Positions 38,989-49,003 of a stretch of 64,000 nt of DNA are shown piece by piece. The notes under the pieces are model-generated. The model searched no databases and was not told the origin of the DNA. It saw only the letters and a list, made by a program, of their open reading frames with translations. This stretch comes from a virus: the IMG/VR virus record IMGVR_UViG_3300033149_003526, positions 2,852 to 66,851 of that record. One strand, written 5' to 3'. Position numbers and translations under genes: made by a program. Each line of letters begins with the position of its first letter. Position 1 is the stretch's first letter.

Positions 38989-39342
38989 ATGACAAAAAAA
39001 TTAGCATTAGCTAAATTTTTAGAACTAGAAAAAGAGGATATTGAATTGTTAGATTTAGCAAATTATACTCATTATGGACTAACTGTATATAGGTATATAG
39101 ATGAGGAATATGCTGTAGGAACAAGTAATGAAGTAGAAATAGCACTAGAAAAGGCTATTAAACAATATATAAATGAATATGTATATTCTAACATTCCAGA
39201 GCAATATAATACATACTTTGATGAGGAAAGTTTTATTGAAGATCTAAAAGCAGATAGTATCTCTTTTTTAGCAACTTATAATGGGATAGAAAATGAAATT
39301 GTATATGATAATACATTATTTTATATTTACCGTTTAAATTAA
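38989..39342 (+). CDS. Hypothetical early protein
   Basis: Acidic 117-aa ORF, G-run RBS. Confidence 0.7.
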   Translation: MTKKLALAKFLELEKEDIELLDLANYTHYGLTVYRYIDEEYAVGTSNEVEIALEKAIKQYINEYVYSNIPEQYNTYFDEESFIEDLKADSISFLATYNGIENEIVYDNTLFYIYRLN

Positions 39343-39360
39343 AATAAAGGGGGGGGTATT

Positions 39361-40056
39361 ATGTTAAAAAATTGCTATACTGTTAATGATTTAATTGAAT
39401 TAAAAGAGAAAATTTATAAAAGATTTATAAAACATGGTAGAATGCAGAATAAAATAACTATTGCTTTTAGAAATTATTATAATATTATAGAAAATAAAAT
39501 AAATAACATAATGAATAAAGATAATTTAATTTGCGATATATGTAATAATATATATATTTCAAAGGATTATATAATTAAAAATTTTGATGATCATTTAAAT
39601 GTATGTAATAATTGCATAGAGAATTATTATTTTTATTGTTATATGTGTGGTAAACCTGTTTATAATGAAGATATAGATAATATAAATTTTATAAATGATG
39701 AGTTATATTGTAATAATTGTTTTTTTAAAGTTAAAGAAGATATAATCAGTAATAGAATTATAAAAGATAAAAAATTAATTAAACTGGATAAATATTTAAA
39801 AGAGAATAATGTTTCTATAAATTATTTAAATTTAAAAGATTTAGATTTTTATATTGATAATTATCCTTTCAATATAGAAATTTACGCTGATAGTTGTTAT
39901 AGATTAGGGAGTTTTAATGCTAATATTTGGATAGATCTATGTAAAAAAGAAGCTAATTTATTAAAAGCTATAGATTTTATATTAGAATATTATAAAGCTA
40001 AAACTTCAATACAAGAGATAAACGGGTATATAAATAATAAAAAAATTAATATTTAA
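39361..40056 (+). CDS. Zn-finger hypothetical protein
   Basis: Four CxxC pairs. Confidence 0.7.
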   Translation: MLKNCYTVNDLIELKEKIYKRFIKHGRMQNKITIAFRNYYNIIENKINNIMNKDNLICDICNNIYISKDYIIKNFDDHLNVCNNCIENYYFYCYMCGKPVYNEDIDNINFINDELYCNNCFFKVKEDIISNRIIKDKKLIKLDKYLKENNVSINYLNLKDLDFYIDNYPFNIEIYADSCYRLGSFNANIWIDLCKKEANLLKAIDFILEYYKAKTSIQEINGYINNKKINI

Positions 40057-40085
40057 AAGTAAAATAGGAAGGGGGGGGAGATGAT

Positions 40086-40415
40086 ATGTATAAAACTTGT
40101 GAGGAAAGAATTGATAAAGAATTAAAAAGAGTAATTGGAGATATTAAAAGAATTAATAATAATGAAGATCCTATAGAAGCATTAAATAACTATGCACTAG
40201 CATTAAGTGAATATAAAGTTTATAAATTAGAGTTATCATGGGGTGGACCTAGTGATTATATAGAATTTACTTATAATCCAGTAAATAAAGAATTAGTTAA
40301 TATTACCTATCATTTTTTAGATTGGTACGATGGAGCAAAGAGAAATATACCTTATAATACTGAGGAATGGAAAATTTTAGAGGAATTATTTTATAATACG
40401 ATTTTTATAGAATAA
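40086..40415 (+). CDS. Hypothetical early protein
   Basis: LSWGGPSD...YHFLDWYDGA motif; G-run RBS. Confidence 0.7.
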   Translation: MYKTCEERIDKELKRVIGDIKRINNNEDPIEALNNYALALSEYKVYKLELSWGGPSDYIEFTYNPVNKELVNITYHFLDWYDGAKRNIPYNTEEWKILEELFYNTIFIE

Positions 40416-40474
40416 AAAAAAGAAATATTTAAAAAAAAGTAAATAAATATATTATAATAATATACTAATTTGTT

Positions 40475-40723
40475 ATGAGATGTGATAAATGTAATAATAA
40501 ATTAAGTTTAAATTTAAAAACTGGGGAATTATATTGTAGTTATTGTGATAGTAATAAAAAACAAAAATTAATATTACAAAAAATTAAATTTAATCAATTT
40601 ATATTTTATAAAGTAATTGAAAGTGAAAACATCAAATTAAATAATGATTATATTTTAATAGAGGATTTAGAAAAGATGATTAAAGAGAAAAATTTAACTA
40701 TTAAAATTAAAGAAATAGTTTAA
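40475..40723 (+). CDS. Zn-ribbon hypothetical protein
   Basis: CDKC...CSYC. Confidence 0.55.
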   Translation: MRCDKCNNKLSLNLKTGELYCSYCDSNKKQKLILQKIKFNQFIFYKVIESENIKLNNDYILIEDLEKMIKEKNLTIKIKEIV

Positions 40724-40725
40724 TT

Positions 40726-40989
40726 ATGTATAAAGGATTAATTTTTTATAATAATGGCAGGTATTTAACTTATGTTAAAAGTGAAAGTTTAAAAATAGTA
40801 TATAGTTATATAAAAAAAATTTATAATCCTTTAAATAGTGATATATATTGCATTTATAATACTTTAACAGATAAGATAATTAAAGTAATAAATAAAGGTA
40901 ATAAAGGAATTAAAGAAAATATAGAAGGTAAAAGTTTAATAGAAGCAATAAAACATATAGAATGGGTAATAGAAGAGTATAACAGTTAA
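40726..40989 (+). CDS. Hypothetical protein
   Basis: ORF in the early operon. Confidence 0.55.
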   Translation: MYKGLIFYNNGRYLTYVKSESLKIVYSYIKKIYNPLNSDIYCIYNTLTDKIIKVINKGNKGIKENIEGKSLIEAIKHIEWVIEEYNS

Positions 40990-41183
40990 AATTATGATTA
41001 AACCAATTAGATTTAGCATTAAAAATTATCATAGTAGAAAACAATTAAAAATATTTAAATGTATAATTTTATTTTATAATAAATTTAAAATAACTAAAGA
41101 TTTTTATATAGAATTAGGAATAAGAATTAAAAAAATAGTAATATTTATAACTATTAAAACTTTATGGAATTAAATTAAAAATT

Positions 41184-41606
41184 ATGATTATATTAGTTTT
41201 ATTAATACCAATTATAATTAAAATAATTGAAATATTATTAAAATTAGCAATAATAATGCTATTATTATTTATTTTTATATTAATAATATTTGTTCTTAAA
41301 CGTTTATATTATTTTTATAGTTTAAACTCTATTAAAAAATATTTAGATTTAATAACTAATAATAAAAAAATTTTAGATAACTTAAAAAAAGAAGATAAAT
41401 TATTATTAGCTTTAACTATAGATAAATATTTAAATAATAAATTATTATTTAAAAGATCTCTTAAAAAAGATTTATATTCTATAGCATTAGGATATTCTTT
41501 AGGTCAATTAGGAATTAATAGAATATTAAAATACGGAGTAGGTTATTTAATATTTAGAAAATTTATTTATAACGATATTAATAAATTTTTAAAAAATAAA
41601 TCTTGA
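41184..41606 (+). CDS. Hypothetical membrane protein
   Basis: Long hydrophobic N-terminus. Confidence 0.5.
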   Translation: MIILVLLIPIIIKIIEILLKLAIIMLLLFIFILIIFVLKRLYYFYSLNSIKKYLDLITNNKKILDNLKKEDKLLLALTIDKYLNNKLLFKRSLKKDLYSIALGYSLGQLGINRILKYGVGYLIFRKFIYNDINKFLKNKS

Positions 41607-41631
41607 CAAATTTTTAAAAATATGTTATACT
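41603..41631 (+). promoter_or_regulatory. Sigma70-type early promoter
   Basis: TTGACA-N17-TATACT with extended TG, followed by TTAATT as in the 37773 and 38684 copies. Confidence 0.8.
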
Positions 41632-41656
41632 TTAATTAAAAAAGAAAGGAGAGAAA

Positions 41657-41980
41657 ATGGATAAAAAGTATAGGATAATTACAAAATATGGTACTGTATA
41701 TGAAATTGATGAGCATGGGTGTTTTTTAAGGTATAATAATCATTATTGGGAATGTCCACATGATAGTTGGCGATGTGTAGGATGTGCAGAGGTATTACCA
41801 TTTAACCGTTTGAAGTACTATTCTTTACCAGAATTTTTAAAGATGATAGAAAACGGGCATAATTTTAGGTTTAAAAATGGAAATCCTAAGTTTACTTTAC
41901 TAGATTGTGATCATGGTACTTATAGAATACATGGTAATATAAAAGCGCATGGAATTTCTATGGCATATAGAATAAAATAA
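41657..41980 (+). CDS. Hypothetical protein
   Basis: AGGAG RBS, downstream of promoter. Confidence 0.7.
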   Translation: MDKKYRIITKYGTVYEIDEHGCFLRYNNHYWECPHDSWRCVGCAEVLPFNRLKYYSLPEFLKMIENGHNFRFKNGNPKFTLLDCDHGTYRIHGNIKAHGISMAYRIK

Positions 41981-41994
41981 AAAAAGGAGGGTAT

Positions 41995-42309
41995 ATGAGT
42001 TGGGAGACTTTAACAATAGGGCATATTAAATTTAAAGAAAATGTAAATAAAGAAGAAAGAAGAAAAATTATAAAAGAATTAGAAAAAGTGGTAGAATGTA
42101 AAATAAAATATGATGATAAATGGGATGAGTATAATTTTACTGATATTAACTGGACTTCACACGTAGAAGGAAAAGCAATTTGGCAAATATTTAAAAAATG
42201 GAAACATAAACTTAAATTTTTTGATACGTCTATCTATTATTTAAGCGAACCACATGAAATAATTTATTTTAATAGGGAGAATAAACAAATTAGATTAAAT
42301 ATATTATAA
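41995..42309 (+). CDS. Hypothetical protein
   Basis: AGGAGG RBS. Confidence 0.7.
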   Translation: MSWETLTIGHIKFKENVNKEERRKIIKELEKVVECKIKYDDKWDEYNFTDINWTSHVEGKAIWQIFKKWKHKLKFFDTSIYYLSEPHEIIYFNRENKQIRLNIL

Positions 42310-42531
42310 TTTAATAAAAATTAATAAATTCTAGTATAATAATTAAAAAAAGGAAAAATGATGATTAAAAATTTTAATGAACTTAGTATAAAAAAATCAA
42401 ATATTATTTATAATCAAATATGTTCTAAAAACTGGTGATACAGATTATAAAGAATGGGATTTTACTCGTTTTTTAATAGATGAAAATAATTTAGAAATAG
42501 TAGAAAGTTAAAAAAAAGAGGGGGGTAATTT

Positions 42532-42723
42532 ATGATTAAATGTGATTTTTGTAAAAATAATAAAGCTAAATATAATTTACAAAAAGTATGGGTATTATGG
42601 AAAATAGACAAAAACGATAATTATAAATTTGTATCTACATTAGATATTGAAGAACCTGTAGGAGAAGAAAACTTACATTTATGTGAAAATTGTTTTAGGG
42701 AGGTTGAAGATCATGAAATCTAG
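42532..42723 (+). CDS. Zn-finger hypothetical protein
   Basis: CDFC...CENC. Confidence 0.65.
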   Translation: MIKCDFCKNNKAKYNLQKVWVLWKIDKNDNYKFVSTLDIEEPVGEENLHLCENCFREVEDHEI

Positions 42724-42895
42724 TTTTTTAGAAAAATTATTAAAATCTAAAGTAGTTAGATTATCTATTAAATATATGAATAAATATAATATTAAATTAA
42801 CATTAAGTAATTTAATTGATACTATGAAACTAATTAGAAATAGATGTATAGAATTAGATATAAGTTATGATGAATTTGAAAACAGATATTTATAA
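42683..42895 (+). CDS. Hypothetical protein
   Basis: GGGAGGT RBS favours the second Met (MKSS). Confidence 0.5.
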   Translation: MKIVLGRLKIMKSSFLEKLLKSKVVRLSIKYMNKYNIKLTLSNLIDTMKLIRNRCIELDISYDEFENRYL

Positions 42896-43098
42896 TTTAA
42901 AAAGAGGTGTAAAAATGTTAATAGAAGAAAGATTGATAACAGATACTAAATTTTTATCCCTTGTTAAAAACCATTTAAATACTTTTAAAATATAATAAAA
43001 AATTTTAGTCAGAGTTTAAAAGGTTAGCTTGGATTATTAGAATACTCAGTATTAAAGCAATATAAAAAAAGTACTAATAAAAAAAGGGGGTAATAACT

Positions 43099-43392
43099 AT
43101 GAATACTAATGTAAAATATAAAGTTGAAATTACAAAAGGTAAAATAATTAACGAAAAGAATAATGATAACGTGTTTTATAGGGTTATAAAATCAGAAGAA
43201 ATTGAATTTAATTCTTTAAACGAAGTAAAAAAATTTCTAAAGAAACTATATAATATAAAAAATTTATCTAAAGAATTAAAACTTGCTGATGAACTTCCTA
43301 CTTATTTTATAAAATATAAATATAGGTTTAACAAATACATAGATTTCATATCAATATCACAAATTATACAAATGTATATTAGTATTAAATAA
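43099..43392 (+). CDS. Hypothetical protein
   Basis: G-run RBS. Confidence 0.6.
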   Translation: MNTNVKYKVEITKGKIINEKNNDNVFYRVIKSEEIEFNSLNEVKKFLKKLYNIKNLSKELKLADELPTYFIKYKYRFNKYIDFISISQIIQMYISIK

Positions 43393-43402
43393 GGAGGTTA
43401 AA

Positions 43403-43579
43403 ATGTGGGGTAATATATGTCCACTTAAATTTATTCTATTAAAAGATATTATTAATAAAGATGAGTATTTAGAAAAATTAAAATGTGAAGAAGATAATTG
43501 TGCTTGGTATGTATGCATTTACAGAACAGGTAGGTATGAATGTATGTGTGCAATTAAACAATTAGCTGAAAAACTATAA
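43403..43579 (+). CDS. 58-aa Cys-rich protein (not in ORF track)
   Basis: AAGGAGGT RBS; CP...C-x4-CAW...C.CA pattern. Confidence 0.65.
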   Translation: MWGNICPLKFILLKDIINKDEYLEKLKCEEDNCAWYVCIYRTGRYECMCAIKQLAEKL

Positions 43580-43627
43580 TAATAATTAAAAAAAGGAAAG
43601 GAAGGGATATTTAAAAAGGAGGTTAAA

Positions 43628-44527
43628 ATGAGTTATGATATTATATATGATAAACAGTTTGTTAGATTAAATAATGGGGAAATAATTCCATTTATATTAA
43701 TTGGTAGTAGTAATTGCTATGAAATTACATATAAAGGACAAAGGAGAGAGAGAAGTTGGCAAGTACTTACTTATTATTATACTGATAAAGGAAAAATAAG
43801 TATAAAACCTAATGAGTTTATTAATAATATTGAAAATTATATTAATAGCATTGCTGAGAGATATAAAGAAGATGCAGGTAATAAAGAAGAAGTATTAAAG
43901 CGTTTAGGTTATTATACAGGAATAGCTATATATGGAGGACATCCAATTGATACTAATTATAAAAAATTTATAGGATTTTTTAAAAATGGAATTAAAAAAT
44001 CTTTAACAATAAAAGAATTAGCAGAAATTGGGGTTTATATTAAAACTAGTTATTATATAAGTTATCAAGCTGAGCAAGAAAAGATTGATAAAAACATTAA
44101 AAACACTTTACCAGAAAATAAAATTTGTCAGACAGAAGAAGACTTATATAAAGCAATAGAAGAATATGAAAAATGGAAAAATCAATATCCTCAATATATA
44201 GAATATGTATTTTTTTATTTAACTTTTCAAGGATACTGGGAGAATGTTTTAGGTAGGTTAAAAAATTATAGAAGAGAAAATAAAAATAAAAGAGAGAAAA
44301 AAACTATTATGCAAGATTATTATTTTATTCTTTATTCTAATCAATATGGAGCATTAGTAAAATATACGAAAAAAGGGTTTAGATATAGTTATGGCTATAA
44401 TGGTAAAAAATTTAGAACTTTTAAAGAAGCTGAAAGATACTTAAAAAAAATTAAAGAAAAACAGTACTATAAAGCTGATATTTGGGAGATAAAAAGAATA
44501 GATAAACCTATAACATTTTTAGTGTAA
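43628..44527 (+). CDS. Hypothetical protein (299 aa)
   Basis: Long ORF, AAGGAGGT RBS. Confidence 0.75.
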   Translation: MSYDIIYDKQFVRLNNGEIIPFILIGSSNCYEITYKGQRRERSWQVLTYYYTDKGKISIKPNEFINNIENYINSIAERYKEDAGNKEEVLKRLGYYTGIAIYGGHPIDTNYKKFIGFFKNGIKKSLTIKELAEIGVYIKTSYYISYQAEQEKIDKNIKNTLPENKICQTEEDLYKAIEEYEKWKNQYPQYIEYVFFYLTFQGYWENVLGRLKNYRRENKNKREKKTIMQDYYFILYSNQYGALVKYTKKGFRYSYGYNGKKFRTFKEAERYLKKIKEKQYYKADIWEIKRIDKPITFLV

Positions 44528-44552
44528 TAATATAAAAAGGAGGAGATATTAA

Positions 44553-45386
44553 ATGATTGACAAAATAATAGGGCTAAATAATATTAAAAAAGAGCTATTA
44601 AATTTAAAAGAAATACCTAATATACTGTTTATTGGAGCAAGAGGTACAGGTAAAACTACTTTAGCTAAAGCTATTGCTGAATATAAGAAATTAAACTTGG
44701 TATTTTTAACTGGTAATAATCTTAAAAAAATAGAATTGTTAAATAGTTTAATACAATTAGAAGAAAATTCTATTTTATTAATAGATGAAATCCATAGATT
44801 AAGACCAGATGTTGAAGAAGTACTATATCATCCTTTAGAAAATAAACAATTAGTAATTAAAGCAGTAAATGGCAATTTTCAAGTTATAGATTTACCTAAA
44901 AATATATCTTTTATAGGTACTACTACAAAACCATCTTTAATCAGTAAACCTTTATTATCACGTTTTCAATTAGTTATACATATTCCACATTATAATCTAA
45001 GAAATTTAGCAAGAATTATAAAATTAAATTTTCCTAATTTTAATAACAAAGAAGCATTACAAATTGCTATTAATATAACTACTCCTAGAGAAGCTATAAA
45101 TTTAGCTTATAGAATTAATCAATTAAAAAATAGTGGATTATCAGTAAATAAAGCATTGGAATTTATAGGATATAAATTTGGATTATCTAATAGTGAAAGG
45201 GAATATTTAAAAATTTTATTTCTTAATCATAAAATGTCTCAATCTTCTTTAGCTAGTGCTTTACAAGTGGATAAAGATGAATTAAAGTTTATAGAAGACT
45301 CTTTAATAAGAAAACGCTTAATTACTATTACTAGTAAAGGAAGGGAATTAACTATTAAAGGATTAATGGTAAGTAAAAAATTATAA
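44553..45386 (+). CDS. ruvB: RuvB-like Holliday junction branch-migration AAA+ ATPase
   Basis: GARGTGKTT, LIDEIHRL...EEVLY, GTTT, PLLSRF, TPR, C-terminal winged helix T.KGR. Confidence 0.85.
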   Translation: MIDKIIGLNNIKKELLNLKEIPNILFIGARGTGKTTLAKAIAEYKKLNLVFLTGNNLKKIELLNSLIQLEENSILLIDEIHRLRPDVEEVLYHPLENKQLVIKAVNGNFQVIDLPKNISFIGTTTKPSLISKPLLSRFQLVIHIPHYNLRNLARIIKLNFPNFNNKEALQIAINITTPREAINLAYRINQLKNSGLSVNKALEFIGYKFGLSNSEREYLKILFLNHKMSQSSLASALQVDKDELKFIEDSLIRKRLITITSKGRELTIKGLMVSKKL

Positions 45387-45438
45387 AAAAGGAATTGGAT
45401 ACACTAATGATTAAAAAAAAAGAAAGGAAGGGATATAA

Positions 45439-45735
45439 ATGGTAATTTGTAGTAGTTGTAATAAACAAATTAGAAAAGAAAAGAATAATATAGCATTGCA
45501 GATAAATCCTTATCCTTGTGAGAGAGGTTTTGGATGGTGTAAAAAATGTTTTGGAGACGAAAAATCCAAAAATTTTAAAAAAAGAATTGGTTTGATAGGA
45601 CAAATATTTTTTGAGACAATATTTATTATTATTAAAAGTTATTTATCAGAAGAAAATAAAAAAAGATGGAATACTTTAACCTATGAACAAAAATGTTATG
45701 TAGTAGCTAAAATGATTGAGAAAAAAATATTTTAA
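45439..45735 (+). CDS. Zn-finger hypothetical protein
   Basis: CSSC...CKKC. Confidence 0.65.
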   Translation: MVICSSCNKQIRKEKNNIALQINPYPCERGFGWCKKCFGDEKSKNFKKRIGLIGQIFFETIFIIIKSYLSEENKKRWNTLTYEQKCYVVAKMIEKKIF

Positions 45736-45751
45736 AAGGAGGTGCGTATAT

Positions 45752-46141
45752 ATGAACTTAACAAAACAATTATTAAAATTAAAAGAAAATAAAATGACTA
45801 ATAGTGAGTATCAGCAATTTAAAACAGAGTGTATGAAAATGATAGAAAAAATTGGTAATAAATATCATTTTAGAAAGTTAGTATTTAAACCAATAGATAT
45901 TGAAAGAATTAAAAACGATGTGTACATTAAAGCATTATTAAAAACACTTAAATACTTAAATATTAAAAAAGGTTCTTTTAGTACTTATTTTTACTATAAA
46001 GTTAGGTCTGCTTTTGTAGTAGAATTAGCTAAGTATAAAAGAAGATATAAAATATTAAATACTGATGAATTATATAGTAATTACAACTATACAGAAACAA
46101 ACAAGCAAAAACACAAGAAAATTAATAGAAAAAATATTTAA
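45752..46141 (+). CDS. Sigma-70 region-2-like protein lacking region 4
   Basis: ALLKTLKY...KGSFSTYFYYKVR; ATG 45752 after AGGAGGTG (track start 45716). Confidence 0.55.
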   Translation: MNLTKQLLKLKENKMTNSEYQQFKTECMKMIEKIGNKYHFRKLVFKPIDIERIKNDVYIKALLKTLKYLNIKKGSFSTYFYYKVRSAFVVELAKYKRRYKILNTDELYSNYNYTETNKQKHKKINRKNI

Positions 46142-46169
46142 TTTAAATTTGAATTGGTATATAATATAA

Positions 46170-46439
46170 ATGGAGGATAAAAATATGGAATATCTAAAGA
46201 AAAAATTTTCAGTATATTTTAATTCCGATAAATATAATGAAAATTATGACAGAATTTTTAATAGAAATAAAAAAGACTATACAGATAAATTATGTCCTTT
46301 TAATTGTCCTCACTTAACTATCATAGATATTTCTAAAGGATATTGTAAAAAATTTAAAGTTAGTTTAGAAGAACCTGTAGATATTTTAAAAAACATTAAT
46401 ACATTTGTGAGATATAAAAAATGTAATCTAAAATTTTAG
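46170..46439 (+). CDS. Hypothetical Cys-rich protein (start probably 46185)
   Basis: GGAGG RBS; C-x3-C...C...C. Confidence 0.6.
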   Translation: MEDKNMEYLKKKFSVYFNSDKYNENYDRIFNRNKKDYTDKLCPFNCPHLTIIDISKGYCKKFKVSLEEPVDILKNINTFVRYKKCNLKF

Positions 46440-46451
46440 TAAAGGTGTTAT

Positions 46452-47090
46452 ATGTTGTATGTATCAGAAATATTTAAAAGTATACAAGGAGAAGGAAGAT
46501 TTCAAGGTATTCCTGCACTGTTTATAAGACTATCAGGATGTACTAGAAAATGCTCTTTTTGTGATACTAAATATCATACTAATTATAAACTATATAAAAA
46601 TTATGAAATAGAAAATATCATTAAACATTCTAATATAGAAACTATAATATTTACTGGAGGAGAACCATTATTACAATTAGATTCTATGATTTTTTTAATT
46701 GGATATCTAATTAGTAAAGATTTTAATTACCTAAAATTTCATTTGGAAACTAACGGTGATTTAATTACAGAAAAAAATCATACTAATATATTAAAATATT
46801 TTCATTATATTTGTATAAGTCCTAAAGAAGTAAAAGTAGCTAAAAAAATTAGGGAGTTGTATAAAGATTATTTATATAATTATGTGGATATAAAAGTAGT
46901 ATCAGATTTAGATAAAGTAAATATAGATTTAATTCTTTATGCTACTATGTTAATGCCGTTAACTACTGATAATGAAGAATTGAATAAAGAAATTAGAAAA
47001 AAAGTGTGGGATTATTGTGTAGACAATAATCTATTTTATAGTGGAAGATTGCACGTAGAAGTGTGGGGTAATAGTTATAAAGGTAAGTAA
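46452..47090 (+). CDS. queE: 7-carboxy-7-deazaguanine synthase QueE (radical SAM)
   Basis: EIFKSIQGEG, CxxxCxxCDT, TGGEP, LETNG, SPK, RLH. Confidence 0.92.
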   Translation: MLYVSEIFKSIQGEGRFQGIPALFIRLSGCTRKCSFCDTKYHTNYKLYKNYEIENIIKHSNIETIIFTGGEPLLQLDSMIFLIGYLISKDFNYLKFHLETNGDLITEKNHTNILKYFHYICISPKEVKVAKKIRELYKDYLYNYVDIKVVSDLDKVNIDLILYATMLMPLTTDNEELNKEIRKKVWDYCVDNNLFYSGRLHVEVWGNSYKGK

Positions 47091-47104
47091 AACTAGGAGG
47101 TAAA

Positions 47105-47362
47105 ATGCCATATATCAAGAAAAATTTAAGAATTAAATATGATGAAATATTACAAATGATGAATATTCCAAATAGTGCTGGAGAATTAAATTATTTTATT
47201 TCTAAATTATGTTTAAAATACTTAAATTTAAAAGGAGTAAAATATCAAAATTTTAACGAAATTATTGGAGTTTTAGAATGTGTAAAACAAGAGTTTTATA
47301 GAAAAGCAGTAAGTAAATATGAAGATAAAAAGGAGAGAGAAAATGGAACAATATGGAAATAA
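47105..47362 (+). CDS. Conserved phage hypothetical protein
   Basis: MPYI...GELNY...GVLECVKQEFYR...YED.K...NG. Confidence 0.7.
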   Translation: MPYIKKNLRIKYDEILQMMNIPNSAGELNYFISKLCLKYLNLKGVKYQNFNEIIGVLECVKQEFYRKAVSKYEDKKERENGTIWK

Positions 47363-47531
47363 GATTTATATTAATTGTATTTGTGGTAATAAAATAGAAG
47401 ATACTATGGATAACAAAAGTATTATATGTACTAAATGTAAAAGAATGTATACTAAATATTATGACCAGTTAAATAATGTTTACATAATTAATTGCATTTA
47501 CAATGGAGATGATGTAAATGATAGGAGATAA
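47319..47531 (+). CDS. Zn-ribbon hypothetical protein
   Basis: CICG...CTKC. Confidence 0.5.
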   Translation: MKIKRREKMEQYGNKIYINCICGNKIEDTMDNKSIICTKCKRMYTKYYDQLNNVYIINCIYNGDDVNDRR

Positions 47532-48156
47532 AATTATTATCACTAAAAACGATATTAAAAGAGCTAAATTAGTTATTAACGATATATTAAATTTAAAAGA
47601 TAAAAGTGTAATTACTATAGGTGGTGGTTCTGGTACTAAAAAAACAGAATTAGCTAATTGTATAGCAGATTTGCTATTAGAAAATAATAAACATTCTTTA
47701 ATATTATCTTTAGACGATTACTATAAAACACATTTTTTAGATAGGCATAGAATAAGAATTTTAAAAGGATTAAAAATAGTAGGACCACAAGAAATTGATT
47801 GGAGTTTAATTAAGAAAATAATTAAAAAATTTAAAAATAAAAATACTAATAAGTTAGAATTGCAACAAGTAAATAAATATACTGGTGGTTATGATACGGT
47901 TTATAGCTATAATATTAAATGTGTTAACTACTTAATAATAGAAGGTTTATACTCGTTATATTTAAATTTTCTTAAAATTGCTGATTATGGAATATTTTTA
48001 GAAGGAACTCCAGAACAAACATTAAAATTTAGAAAGAAAAGAAAAAAAGAAAATGAAAATGACAATTACAGAAAATTAATAGTAGAAAAAGAATACAAAG
48101 AGGCAAATAAGTATAAAAAATTTGCGAATGTAATACTAAAAATAGAAAGGAGTTGA
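47518..48156 (+). CDS. Uridine kinase-like P-loop protein
   Basis: ITIGGGSGTKKT, LSLDDYYK, IIEGLY. Confidence 0.75.
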   Translation: MIGDKIIITKNDIKRAKLVINDILNLKDKSVITIGGGSGTKKTELANCIADLLLENNKHSLILSLDDYYKTHFLDRHRIRILKGLKIVGPQEIDWSLIKKIIKKFKNKNTNKLELQQVNKYTGGYDTVYSYNIKCVNYLIIEGLYSLYLNFLKIADYGIFLEGTPEQTLKFRKKRKKENENDNYRKLIVEKEYKEANKYKKFANVILKIERS

Positions 48157-48160
48157 TAAT

Positions 48161-49003
48161 ATGATTTATAAACAAGAAAAAAATAAAAATATACTATTAT
48201 TTGTAGTAGCAATTTGTATTTATATATTATTAATTTTAAATGTTAAGCTAACAGCAGAAAATACTCAGCGTTTTATAGATTTAGCACAATTAATTAAAAT
48301 ACAACAGTTTATATTTAGAACTAATAATAATGAATTAATTTCAAAACTTAATAAAATTACTAATAAAAAAATTGTTACTAATGAAACATATCCAAATTTT
48401 GATAAATTAATTAAGGCTAATTGTGTAGTGTTAAATTTTAATAATGCTTCTATAGGATCTGGAACTATAATCCAATATAATAGTAAGATTTATATATTAA
48501 CAGCTTCTCATTTAGTAGATAGTACTACTGATTGCGTAAAAATTAAAACTTATATTAAAAAATGGTATAAAGTTAAAATAATAAAAATTGATAAAAATAA
48601 TGATCTAATGCTATTATCAATAGACTTTAATAATATAACTATAGAAGAGAAAAAATATTTTATTAATAACGCAATTGAAATTTCAGATGTATACCCAAGA
48701 TTAGCTAGTAAAGTATATGCTATTGGTAATCCTGCTGGTATAGAAAATATAATTTCTATGGGTATAATTTCTAAAATTAGTAGTAAATATTATTACATTA
48801 CTGCTCCTATATTTTATGGTAATTCTGGTGGTGCTTTAATTTATAAAGGAAAATTAGTAGGAGTAGTTTCTTCTATACAATATGCTTATCCTAAACTTAA
48901 AAAAACTCCATATTTTGCATTAGGAGTTGTAATAAAATTAGAATTAATTAAACAATTTTTAGATGAATATGCTGAGCAATTTAGTAGTAAAATTAACAGT
49001 TAG
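48161..49003 (+). CDS. Membrane-anchored trypsin-like serine protease
   Basis: N-terminal TM; triad motifs TASH, DLML, GNSGG; AIGNP. Confidence 0.88.
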   Translation: MIYKQEKNKNILLFVVAICIYILLILNVKLTAENTQRFIDLAQLIKIQQFIFRTNNNELISKLNKITNKKIVTNETYPNFDKLIKANCVVLNFNNASIGSGTIIQYNSKIYILTASHLVDSTTDCVKIKTYIKKWYKVKIIKIDKNNDLMLLSIDFNNITIEEKKYFINNAIEISDVYPRLASKVYAIGNPAGIENIISMGIISKISSKYYYITAPIFYGNSGGALIYKGKLVGVVSSIQYAYPKLKKTPYFALGVVIKLELIKQFLDEYAEQFSSKINS

